From positions 273,124-337,123 of the forward strand of contig JAQGDQ010000181.1 in NCBI GenBank assembly GCA_030141605.1: a DNA stretch of 64,000 bases, in the 5' to 3' direction. Shown in pieces: positions 1 through 13,400 of this stretch. Numbering within the stretch: position 1 is the stretch's first letter; each line of letters opens with the position of its first letter. Under the pieces are notes generated by a model. The model saw only the letters and a program-made list of their open reading frames with translations. It ran no database searches and had not been told where the DNA came from. The translations under genes were made by a program, and so were the position numbers. Source of the stretch: Tubiluchus corallicola. Taxonomy: Eukaryota > Animalia > Priapulida.

Positions 1-100
1 GTAGTTGGGCAAGTTTTATCCAATACATGCACGGGGGTGTGTGTGTGTGCGTTTGGCAAACAAGTTAACCAATGTTTCGCATCCTGGACTAGTTCTTACT

Positions 101-537
101 ACAGTTGAGATGGTTAGGCTTTTTAATTAACCATTCAACTGTTATTAAATGTCTGTTAACCGGTTAACCATTTCCGATAACGTAATATATATAAGAAAAC
201 ATTGAATACACATAACATGCACAAGTAAGCGGTGCAGTTCAAATCTAGTATCCACCAGCGAGAATGTCCAACATGGCAGCATCCTCAAAACATACGCGAG
301 TGAAAAACTTTTTGCAGTTTACCGTTTAGATGCTTCTTAGACAACCAAATTGATTGAAACAATATTGTAAATAGTATAATTTTATGTAAGCGGGACATTG
401 CTAACTGCGTACACCAGCTACGTATTCATTACTGCGGACACGTAGAAAACTTGGCTAAATAAAGGTTAAATGGTTAGTGATTTTCTAAATGGTTACACCA
501 GTTAGTGGTCTGTTAAATGGTTAACTGTCTCAGTCCT
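101..537. mobile_element. Probable MITE with subterminal ggttaa/ttaacc repeats
   Basis: Left end gttgagatggtta with clustered ttaaccat motifs; right end clustered aatggtta motifs ending ttaactgtctcag (imperfect inverted termini). Confidence 0.5.
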
Positions 538-1445
538 AGTTCTTGCGAGTGCAAAACCAAATCTTAATAATTGCATTATGGAAATAAAAAGTCACGACAA
601 TGATTTATACAAGATGCGACAATCAAAAGTAAACAAACTGCCGAAGTTTAATGTAAATATGTGTATATCGCAGTAAGCTTAACAGAGATTATATAGTTTA
701 AACAGCAAATAAGAATATGGGTTTCATGGCTTTTGTTAATATGTGACTTTGAATAATAAAGTTAAAATGTTATGTACAATTAATTTTTCTAGAGAATTTT
801 ACTTTACCTTTAACTAAAGTTTTGTCTATAGAGGTTTCTAGAAGTCGAGCTATGTGACACTTACGGCATAAATTATGTTGGTAGACATTAAATCCACTTG
901 ATTAGAGTTTTTTCTACTCAGTACTATTTTTGATATAATTACAATTCAAGTTTTGTTTTATTTTCCTCAGTTGCAGTCAATGCCAAAATTTTGATTAAAT
1001 AAAAATAAAACTTAAAAAAATCATAAAAATGACGGTCTGAACCTTCGAAAATTTGACTACAAAAGTTACAATGTGTATGCAAAGCACTAGACTTCAGAGA
1101 TTAAAACAAACACGTATAGAGATCAAAATAATTACTAATACCATTGTATTATACCAGAAACAAAGAACAACAAACTGGCGGCATACATTTTCCACCGCAA
1201 TATGCCCAACCTTTCCTACCATGGAGATCATGGGATCTCTACAAAGACCAAAAATACAACTTCTCAAAAATGGAAAATTCAGTGTGCTGAATTGGTCTTC
1301 AAATCAACGTCAGAACATTGCATCATTAGTGGCATTTGTATAAAGTTAGTTGTTTTCATTTCTATTAAAACTTACTACAATACATAATACATATATATAT
1401 ACAATGGTAATCTTTTTTATATTGTCTAATTTAAATAAGGCGTAC

Positions 1446-4400
1446 CTCCCTTTCCGTTGGAAAAAATCCAAGTGCTCTCATCATATAGGGGAGTTCATCT
1501 ACTTGCAAAGTCGTAGTCACTTTGTACGGATCCATAGAATCCAGTCCCTGGCTAAAAATATGATCTATGTTTTAAAGTTTCAAGGTAGTACAGTGTTGCG
1601 TGTTGCAGAAAAATGCACAGTTGCATAGTACAGTGCAGTGTCATGTGGTGCAGTACATCACACTGTAGAATACTATAATGCAGTGCAATGCTGTAGTGGG
1701 ATGCAGTGTAATGTTGTGAAATGTAATATGTCGCATACCATAATAGAGTACAGTAGAGTCACAAACAGTATAATATTGTTATTACTTGCAACGGAATTTG
1801 TATTCAATTATGTTGTGATTATGATGTGTCAGTCCAGAGTCTCACTTACACGCACTGCTTTAGAAAATCTAGAATGAACTGGTTTATACAGCTGCTTTTC
1901 TTCTCAATCTTTTGGTAATTTTAACAGTGCAATCCAATAAGCAGTATACACTACTAATGGTCAGTATAACTGACGTATAACATAATGTCAATCATTTTCG
2001 TTGACTACCCAATCAGTGTGAAAGTTATTTCGCACCCGTGCAGAGCTTAGGTACATTCGGGACATTTAATTAATGCAGGTACATTCGGGACATTTAGCTA
2101 CAGCTGCGTCTAATGTTATTATGAAAAATGTTCAACTTTTCATTAGTTAGCGGGAGAAATATTGACCTGGTTGCAGATTTTATTAATGTCAATTGAAATT
2201 GGAAATGAATTAGTGGAAATATATAGTCTAGGTTCGATTATAGGAAGAAATGCACAACGTTTAATGTCTATGAGTTGCTAATTAAACCATTTTGCAATCA
2301 AGAAAATACGCAGTTCAGTTTATGGCTTTGCAAGTTAGACAAAAACAACTATTTGATTAACTTTATATAAGGGCAAAACAAAATATTCTCTTTTCTGGCC
2401 AGTTTTATAAACTGCAATGAGATCTTCACAGTCAAAATTAATTCAAATGTGGTCAAAACTTATATTATACTAATATTAATATTAGCTAATTTTACGCTAT
2501 TTTTCTGGTTATAATCATGGTTAAAAGATGCCATTGGAACTTATGTGACTCGGGTATTCAATATAAGGGTCGTCTAAGGAATGGAACAGTCAAATTTATC
2601 CCATTTCCGTAGCCTGACAAACAGAAATATACAAAAACTGAATAAACCTTGCAGACGAGCACATGATCAGTTAATATAGAAAAATATATCGCAGGCTTGA
2701 TGTTTGTATATTTAAAGGCAAGAGAGACTTAATATTTCTGTTGCCAATTTATTGTAAAGCAAGGCTAACTGGCTTAGTTTCTTTATTATACTTATGTCTC
2801 TGTATTTTGTAGTGCTTTAAAACTTCGCCTCTACATTCTGTTTAAATTGAAAAGTCATTTTTTGGCTACTTGAAGTGTTAATTTTGTGTAAAAATAGCTG
2901 CTGCTCTGCAAATTTGTGTTTATGAAAAAGTGCAATCAGTTTGTCTGCTGATTAGACATTAGTTGTGACTGTCATGTTGTTTAGTTTAGTTTAGTTTAGG
3001 TTAGACAGTTGTTGTCCTACATGAGCTGTTGTCCCGAATGCTGCTGAGCGTGCTTACGTTACAGCGGGAGCAGAATGATACACCAATGTGTTTGACGTTA
3101 ATACTATAAGCCACACTAAAAACTATAGTTTTTTCACCCATATGTGTGCTGCGAATTTGAAAGACATGCCGCAAATTAGTGAAGCATGTGAAACACACTG
3201 TTCTATAGTAAAAAGTATCCAAAAGTGTAGAGGAAGCTTGTAGACTATATCGACTGTGCGTGAGACACTTGTCCTGGTTCAGTGACTCACCTTAGATGGA
3301 CAAACCTCAACATGTCTCATTAAGTGAACCCTGCCTTTGAGTAGATTCAGGCTTGCAGTGTCACAGTGTATAAAAGCATCAGAAGGAGTTTACAATTCCC
3401 CACACAATTTAAATACCCTAACCCTAACCGGAACCCAAACTCTAACCTTAACCCTAACCCCAAATCGAACCCTTAACACTAACCGTAACTCTAACCCTAG
3501 TCCACTTCACGAACTGATTTCTTGTCTGTGGAAATTGTAAACTTTAGCCGAAGTATCACATTTAAAAATACCATTAAAACAGCAACCAACTATCTTGTAG
3601 ACACATCCATATTGTTCAAAAACAATAACAGATGTGCAGGGTAATTTACAGCTGCATGATAGGATACTTTGTTATCCAACGAGAACGCTTCGTTTCAAAC
3701 TGGTCTGCAATAATGTCTGCAATGCACATTCAATTCTCTGCCGTCTTCTGTGATTGATTTGGGATATTACGAGATCATTGCCACTTTTTTAAACATTGTT
3801 CACAAAAGCTACATTGTTTCGCAAGGAAGCTAGCAGATAAAAAAACTGTCTAAGACTAGCACACTTTTCAGATATGGTTATTGTAATTTTAGTACTTGAT
3901 GCTGGCTCAAAGCACCTAGCATGCCTCTCATAAATAAAAGCCAACCTCCTGACAAACAAGAACCTTTTGGGGACTCTAATTACAATGTAGCACATGACAT
4001 TTAAAAGATTATATACTGTTTTATTGCATGTCCCTATGATGATGGCAGTGATGAGGACGATGATGATGATGACGACGACGACAATTACTACAATGGTGAC
4101 TTAGTTGCCCAAACAAGTTATATTCAAAACATAAGCATACTTTTTAATTTGGGAAAAATAAAATAACTTTTTCATTTGTTGTAGTTCTTCGCCATTTTGT
4201 CCGCCTTCTAGCAGATTACAGAACGGGACGGTACCCTCTCCACCGAGGACAGATGACGTCTCTAAAACACTGAAAAAGTAACATCAAAATAACACTTAGG
4301 AAAGTGTACTGCTTATGTAATATTTGAGAAAATTTATCAGCTTGACATTTACTGTAAGATTCAGAAAAACAGTATGCTAACATTCAAAAGTTTGAATTTG

Positions 4401-7400
4401 TGTTCTCATGCGCATTATGGAAAGTTCTCATTAAGATAAATGTAATAATCACCAGTTTATTTTAATAGCCACATACCTTTCACAACATGTACTAATTCAA
4501 ATAAGTCAAAGTATTTAAGATGATGATAATGACGATTAAGATGATGGTGACGCTAACAACGATGACGATGCTCACTGCGATGACAATTGACGTCAAACAT
4601 ATTGTTCTATTGCTCCGCCTCTGCTATAACATAAGTTTGCTCAGCGGCATTCGGGACAACGACTGACGCTGCACAACAACTGACTAAACTAGACTAAACT
4701 AAACAACATCACAGTCACAACCAATATCTAATCAGCAAATAAACAGGTTGCACTTTTTCATAATTTAGCACTTCACTTCACACAAAATTAGCACTTCAAG
4801 TAGCCAAAAAGTGACTTTTCAATTTAAACAGAATATAGAGACGAGGTTTCAAAGCACTACAAAATACAGAGACATAAGTGTAATAAAGAAACTAAGATAG
4901 TCAGACTCGCTTTAAAATAAATGAGCAACAAAAATATTGTCTCTCTTGCCTCTGAAAACACGAACATCAAGCCTGCGATATATTTTTCTATATTAACTGA
5001 TCATGTGCTCTTCTGCAAGATTTATCGAGCTTTTGTATTTTTTTTGTTTCTTAGGCTACCGAAATGGAATAAATTTGATGGTTCCATTCCATAGACGATC
5101 CTTATATTGAAACGCCGGAGTTACATAAGTCCCAACGGCATCTTTTAACCATGACAATAAGCAGAAAAATGGCGTAAAATTAACTAATATTACACGATGT
5201 TTTGACCACATTTGAATTAATTTTGACTGTGAAGATTTCATTGAGGCTTGTAAAAACTGACAGGAAAAGAAAATATTTTGTTTTGTCCTTATTTAAAGCT
5301 AATCAAATAGTTGTTTTTATCTAACTTGGAAAGCCATAAAACTAAACTGCATATTTTCTTGATTTCAAAATGGTTTAATCAGCAACTCAAAGACGTGCAT
5401 TTCTTCCTATAAACGAAAATAGACTATATATATATTTCAACTAATTCACTTGCAATTTCAATTGATGATAATAAAATCTAGAACCAGGCCAATATCTCTT
5501 CCGCTAACTAATGAAAAGTTGAGCACTTTTCATAACAGCATTAGACGCAGCTGTAGCCAAATGTCCCGAATGTACCTGCGTTAAGTAAGCTCTGCAGGTG
5601 TGTGTGAAATAACTTGCACGCTGGAAAATGGTTGATATTATGCTAGACGTCAATTGTAAAGACAATGGTAACAGCAATAAATAAATACAGCAGTATATTT
5701 TTCTTACTTTGCATGGATTTCCCACATATAAACAGTCCCATCAGTGGCACCACAGGTAAAAAGGTATCTGCCATCACAACTGCTACGTACCTCACCTATC
5801 TGAATGCAACAGAGTTACGTGATTAAATAACGAAAATAAATTGCACCAGAAAATATTGATACAACAACCACAAATGCTTATGTTATAACTACAAACTGCT
5901 CACTATTAACAACACTAATGAACATACTCCACTGGGATGTCCAATAATTGCTGTTGTGTTATGTGGATTTCCATCGACGGGTACTTTTTGCAAGCCCACA
6001 TTCTCGTGTGTAATGTACGTTATGTAAGCTGCACTGACTTGATCAGCTATCTTTGGCAATACTAGAAGACTGTTAAAAATGAGAAGAATTCCATCACTTT
6101 GCATCGATTAACTAATATTACATACTAATACGAAAATGACTGCAATAAATAGCAGACACAATAAGAAACAATAAATAAAATAATAAAAACAATAAATAAG
6201 AAGTAGGCAAATGTGGATACAGGTGGGCAAGGCACAAATCTTTGTTTAATTTTTTTCCAATGTTAGTAATACGGAACATACAAATTTGCATTACTGTAGA
6301 CAATACTCTCCATCATTAACTAATATAATATGAAGATAGTATTTTGCTACACTTTTAACAAGAATGCAATTTTTATAGTAGGCCCTAATAATGTATACAT
6401 TCTATTTTTCACGCCTCTGATTTTGCACAAAAGTCACTTTTACAGAGGAGCAGGAAGTGATAAGGCCTCATTTACAAACTGTAGGTTTCTAAAGATTTTA
6501 CTGGAAAAGTCATACAAACTCAATAATAACGAATGAGTGAGCGAGTGGTTTTGCTGAAAAAACACAAGAGTGAGTAATTGGTTCTCTGTGCCTGTAAAAT
6601 TGTGGATCATTAAATCAGAATATCTTAAAGAATTATATTCCAGCATTTTTCAAAAACACTTAGCATCTTTTGCAAATGGCAAAATTTGTTGTTTAGTTCA
6701 AAATGCTTAGCTCAAATGATGCTCTACATTTTTCAATTTTTTAAGGAAAACAGGATGATTTTTCATATCCTACTCCATTTTGTAGTACAGTAATAATTAT
6801 ACATTTCAACACCAACAATATTGCAAAACCATTCAATGAAAGATTTGCATATGTTTTCAAAAGCAAAAATTGAAGTACAGTCTATAGTAACTGCAAAAGA
6901 TCCAGTGTTATACTAAAACTCAGCAAGTTTTAAGATGAAAGTTTAAATTTCAAATTTACCGCTGCGCTCATGCATGAACTCTCGAATGTGTGCACTACAT
7001 CACAAACAAACGCCGGTGAGATGCAGACGCTAATGCCAGTCTAACTAGCGAATAGTGAAATGAATGTAACAGTGAAGAACAAGCCGAGGGAATGCAAAAT
7101 TGCATTTGTGTGGTAATAATTCTTTCACGTAAGTCATTCTTGAAAAAATAGCATGTTCCATTTCAATATTTTAAAAAGTAGATGGTTTTGATTTACAGTT
7201 TAAAATTGTTCCCAGTTTTCCTTTAACAATATTGACATGAAACCTTAAATTAAAATGAAACCCATTTAAAAATGAAAAACATTGTACAGATATTAATAAA
7301 ATAATGCTATTTTTATTAATTTTTTACCTACAGTAAATGGCAATAATTATAGATTTGGCACTTCACGTACCACAGAAAAGTTATAGTAAACTAAGTAAGC

Positions 7401-10400
7401 ATACCGTCGTACTGGTGAATCATGCAAAGGTCCCAGCAGAGTCTTACGACACATCTTTGTAATCCCATTGAACAGCTTTAATTTGTACTACAAAAAGTAT
7501 GAGGTTTAATACATAGTGTTACAGTACAATAAAGGCCATCACATAACAAAGATAACACAACTTTCATCCAATCAAGAGTTTAAAACTTTATTTATTTCCA
7601 CACCGCATCATTATAACACAGATATACGGTAGTTCCAGCAGTATACTAAAGAAATTTCAGTTAGCCGGCATATACACAATATTGTGCATATTTCTGATGC
7701 ATACAGGTTCATTTAAAAGCATAGCTTCACAGGCCAACCTATATGTGAAAATCAACACCGAACTTGACACAATTAATACCTCTACTCTCAATAATACAGT
7801 AACATTCACGAGTCCCACAATGTACATTATACTAAAGGGTATTATAATTATCGAAAATTAAGCACGTTTAGGTGTTATATTTCACGTGTACAAAATAACA
7901 TATTGTAATGTTGAGCGGATGGTGCTGATTTGCTAGTTCATTTCATGTTATAAAACAATGTTACAGAAGCGAAAGAAACAGATTATGTTTATAGAATAAA
8001 CTTGCCAGAGTCCTCTGTGTTTCGTGCTAGTTCTAAGGAACAGGTGCTGAGATGCTATACATGCCTGTCTGTTAGTCTACTGAACTGACGAGGCCATTCC
8101 ATGCCAGCAACTTATAGCTTCTATGCAATGGCTTCGTAGTGGGTGTGGGGGTGAAAGTAAACAGTACTTCACTATTGTAACAATATTTATGTATAAAGCA
8201 TGGCAAACTGCAATAATAGCATAGGAAAGTTCAGTAGTACCCAAAAATTGCCTTAATTTGATTTTGATACCAAAAAAAACAAAATTTTTGCAGCATAATT
8301 TGCTCCCTTGGAACTCTCCCAGGGGCAAGATGAGTCCCCGTGGTTTATTTGTTTAATATTCATTTCTAAATCAAATGATTGGCAGGTCTGAGTGTATTAT
8401 CATATTACTAATTAGTACCTGATCATTAGCAGTAACTATGAACTCCTCTTCGCTTACAGCAGGATACCAGGTAAAACACTTTGGCAAGGCACTCTGTTCT
8501 AGGCGAGTAAAGCTCAATATTCGTAAATCATTTTCCACGCTGTGAAGCAGATCGTATTCTACCTAAATTAATGTCAATCTTAATAAAGTAAAGTCAGCAA
8601 GTTAAAGGAAAGGCTAAGCCTTCTGCAAAGTTTGGCTTATTTCAATGCTCGCCAAAAATGCTAGAGGGATACAGTAATAAAAGTATGATAAGTGCCTCGT
8701 GTAATTAGTAAAATTACTTTAGAGTTGCGATCATTTCACGCTTGAGTGCTCCCATTTTGAAAGCCCATTCTTCCTCCAATGACATCGTTCATCGACTAAA
8801 GAAAAGCAGCACATTGACAATGTCCGTCAAAAGTGAAATAAGTTTTTACAAAAAATTAAATAAACAATTATGTGATATTTTTGCAGAAATATTAGCTAAA
8901 TTGCAGAAGTTTGAAATAATTTAAGCAGCTCGCATTTACAGAAAACCACAATGGGATTACGAAAAGGCACAAAGCCCACCAGCTCCATCATAATTTTCAA
9001 GTGAATGGAGGCTACTATCTCGCCTGTAAATAATGTATAGCATTTTTTGCAAATTTCTTTAAGTTTAAGTAATAACAGTAAAATAAACTCAACATGCTAG
9101 GTGACTTGTCCTTTCCTTTAATCACATCAAAATAACATGATTAAAGGTTAGGTCTATTTAAAATATGTACAAAATACAGATTAAGCAAATCATTAATATA
9201 ATGCATTCAAGAAGAAATAGTGCAGTAGAAATATGCAGATATCCTAAAAAGGCTAGACAGACTACTCCAAGATGAACTTGGACTTCTGCATTAGGTCATC
9301 ACAATGACGTAAAAATATTACATTTATATAACGCACATAAAATGACATGACCATACTTATTGGACTTTGTGTAATGTAATATTGCTATTTGTGCACCATT
9401 TCTTTTGGAAAACGGAGGTGCCACCTAACAGCAATTGTCACCCAAAAAAAACCAAATGATTCTTTATTCTAGTAAATATGCAGCCACGTTCCAACTTGTG
9501 ACAGAATCCATCTTCAGAACTGAGTCATGGCATAGTTTCCAATTGTTTAAATCTTTTCAAATATGCGTAGACAGCCAAAGCTAACCTGGCATATGAGACA
9601 CGCATTATGTCATTCTTGAAATATTCGTCAATGGATTTTTTAAAACACTCATATCACTAAATACACAAAAACAAGTCAGGGAGCTAACAAGCTAACTTAC
9701 AAGCATCCTGTCTTCTCCTAAAGTTAAAAGACTAGGAAACCCGGTATCGATGCAAATGCCAAACAAAGCATCGCATATCTGCTTATAATGAGCTTTCTGT
9801 CGTCCAAGAAACATCCAAGGAGTTCTGACGTCCTCTTCACCACGTTTAATTACACTGACGCTACATCCTTCATCCTATAACGACATTGATAATTAGTAAT
9901 GTTTCCACAGTTTAACCAAACTGAATACTATTTGTTTGGCATTCCAAAAATACTTCCTTTTTGCTGACACAATGGTGCATGTTTAATTACTAGATGACAA
10001 AAGAAAGATGATTACCCTCCTCATACAGGAATTTAATTATTAAATCAGCAAAGGTTCCATGGAAAGGCTATACATTGCACTACCTCTGAACACAACATAT
10101 ATTTAACTGATGACATAAAACTGCTGAGGTCACCCATTAAAGTATAAACAGAGTTAATGCTCCTTAATATTAGAATTCCAGCCTCAAGCTAAACCACTAT
10201 CTACTAAGATAAGCCCAAACAACTATCCACTAAGACAAGCACACCATGTTTTTGCTAAGACTTAAATGACACCATTCACTGCTTTATTGGTAACTATGCC
10301 TATTTTAGTGTTTGTCTGGTTAAATGACATCAGTTTGGATTTAGATTAAAATTTCTTAAGCAACTCTTATCAGGACCAATCCTTTATGATGTTAGCTGCA

Positions 10401-13400
10401 TGCCTTAGGATTACAAATTCTAGAAGTAATTTCATGAAATTTCAGGTCCCGGGAAAAAATTCGGCAATTCACTCATTCACTCTGTCCATCACGCTTTTTT
10501 CAACGGCAAGAGTATTTATTCACTTGAATTGAAATGTTGCAGGATGATTAGTTAAGTTCACACAAAAAATTCAGCAATTCCTTGATCAATTAACTAATTA
10601 ATTAGAGCTGTCTATTTAATTTTAAATTAATTGAATAAAAGACAATGAAGAGTAGAAGTGCATGGTACCAAAAAAAATTCTGCAAAGCCCCATCCGCACT
10701 TTTGGGTCTGCATTTTACTAAAAGAAAAAACAAATACTCGGGTTTGTACTACACCACAGACAAAAGCTATCAGGTTTATGGTTTTTTCTGTAAAGAAGTG
10801 TATAGTTCCAAAAACCTCTATAAAGCCCAAACCGAAATCTGAGTTTACATTTTATTTAAGCAGAACCATAGGTACGAGGGTATGTACTACATCACATGCG
10901 AAGTAATTACATTAGCAAAGGATTGCAAGTGACTTTCGTTTCGGAGGAGATGGAATTTTTTACGTTTAAAAATAAAATTTTCTAGTGAAAGCAATAATTA
11001 TCACAACAAGTGTAATAAGACTGTGTATAATAAGTGTATAATACTCTCGTTCATAAATTTAATTAAAAAAATTCACTCAATTCACTTAATCTTAGACCTC
11101 TAGATGTTCTACAGTGTTTGTACAGCAACCACAAATCCTTTTACTTGACAACACTGACATTAATTTTCAATGATTTAAATTATGTTAGAAGCGTTTGCTT
11201 CAGTGTGTTTGACTGCTATGAATGCTATATTTGTTACACCTGCAAACTAGTGTTTTTCATAAGTATTCTCTCAATCAAGCTGTCTGGAACTTCATACAAT
11301 TGAGAGAGAGAAAATACATTGGTTTTTCATGTAAAAATTCTACACAAAGATGGAGTTTACTGATGTAAGATTAGACAATTACCTGTCTCTCTCTTACCTA
11401 TTGTCTAAACAAAAATCAGACCTAGCTTCCTTTGGTACATTTGATAACATTCATAAGCCATAAAAAGGTTGTTGAAAGCACACGATAACAGAAATTAATA
11501 GAAATGAAACACGATACATTAGCAAATTACCACGATAGCGATGAAATTAGAATCTGTCGAAAACAAGCATTTCTTGATAACATGGATTGAAAACTTGAAT
11601 GGTTGCACGAGTTCATCCTCCAAGGTGTCTGAACTGATTATACGGATATGTCCTTCTTGAAATCCAAGAGCTGCAATAAAAAATAGCACAAAATACTGAA
11701 TAAAGCCTAAGAATTATAGCTTCTACCTTGCACAGAAACAAACTCCAGAAAAATGTCCTTAAAGTCAAAAAAGTGAAGGCTAAAGTCAACATAAAAAACA
11801 AAAAACCCTCATTAAAATGCATTATTTCAATTAAACAAAAGCAAACATAAACAAATATTGGGTGAATAAGTCATTACATGAACCAGCATAGGCACTCATA
11901 ATAAATTCTTACACCCCTGTTTACAATTAAATCTCTTAAATATCGCAGCATATTAAAGACCAGAAAAATCCATATTCATTTTCATATTACATATTCATTT
12001 CTTTGTTTGTTCCATTCAGTCACATTCCTGCCACAAACAAATACATGAATATCATTCTCTGGTTAGACTAATAGTAGGCTTAACTTTAAATAAACTATTT
12101 GAGCCTGGAAAATGAACTGGCTTCATTCACAACTACATTCTGTTGAGTTAACTTTGGTAAAAGTGCATATATACATTGATAACTTCAAAGTTTTTCCTAA
12201 ATTAAAAGCTTATAATGTGCACGGCAAATTCGTAAAAACTGATTAAGAAATGACAAAGCAGCACACCAATATGATACCCGGATGGATCATAACTCACGGC
12301 GGTCACTGGGAAGCCTTTCCCATATTGCTTTTCTACAAAGACAGTTCTTGAGTTATAATTCCAGATTCTAAGTACACCACAGTGTAATCCAATGCATAAC
12401 AGTGGCCTGAAACATACAGTGTTATTGTTTATAAGACATAAAGTGGGTATTAATGTTGCACATCATATTTAATAGATTTTATTAATAATAATAACATTTA
12501 TATTAATAATAATAAAAAGAGAGATCTTATATTTAAAATTAATGCCGGTAGTCACAATCATTTTACATTAACAATGAACATTGTACAAAAAAAACAACAA
12601 ATACCCACTGCTAAAACTAAAAAAATAATCTTTATAAAGATATCAATAAGATAGCTACTAGTACTATAATGCATGGAATGAAGATTATTTGTTGGCAGAC
12701 TCAAAAACCCAGTTACGTGACTTTATGTCAAAATGCAGTTAACAATGTAGTAACAATGCCATTATTAAAATATTTTGAACCTAAATTAATCAGTAATTTG
12801 AATGCACATATTTAAAGAATTAATGATAATAATTTTTAAAAATACATCTATGAACAAAACTCTGCATTGCCCTCTCAGTTTTTAGCTGTGGTCTATTTAA
12901 TCCTTGTTGAGCTTTTGGTTCCAGATTGCTAGGTTCCCAGCTTCAAGCAAATATCTTGTTTTGCGCAAGACTTACAAAGTAAATAGATGAATTTGAGAGA
13001 ATTTTAAACGAAAGGGTAAGTCACTTAGCATATTTTGTTTACTTTACTATTATCACTTAAACTTAGAGAAATATAACAAAGAAATTTGCAAAAAACTGTC
13101 TATAAAGCATAAAGCTAATTTATACTACCGCTGTATAGAAATTTTCAGGGCACAGTGGTAGCTGTCATTCATTTGGAAATTATGATGTAACTGGTAGACC
13201 TTGTGACTTTTCGTAAGTGCATCGTGGCTTTCATAGATGTGCGCTGCTTAAAGTAATTAAAAATTCTGCAGCTCACCTAACGTTCATGCAAAAATGTCGC
13301 AAAATTAGCTATGTATGCGTATTATGCTTTTAACAGCAAACAACAGTTTGCTACTTTTCTTCAGTCAATGAACGATGTCACTGATGGAAAAATGGACATT

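Noticed and set aside
5056-5241. 61-aa ORF in the inverted repeat as a possible transposase fragment
   Set aside because: Short, no recognisable domain, and not preserved as an ORF in the other copy.
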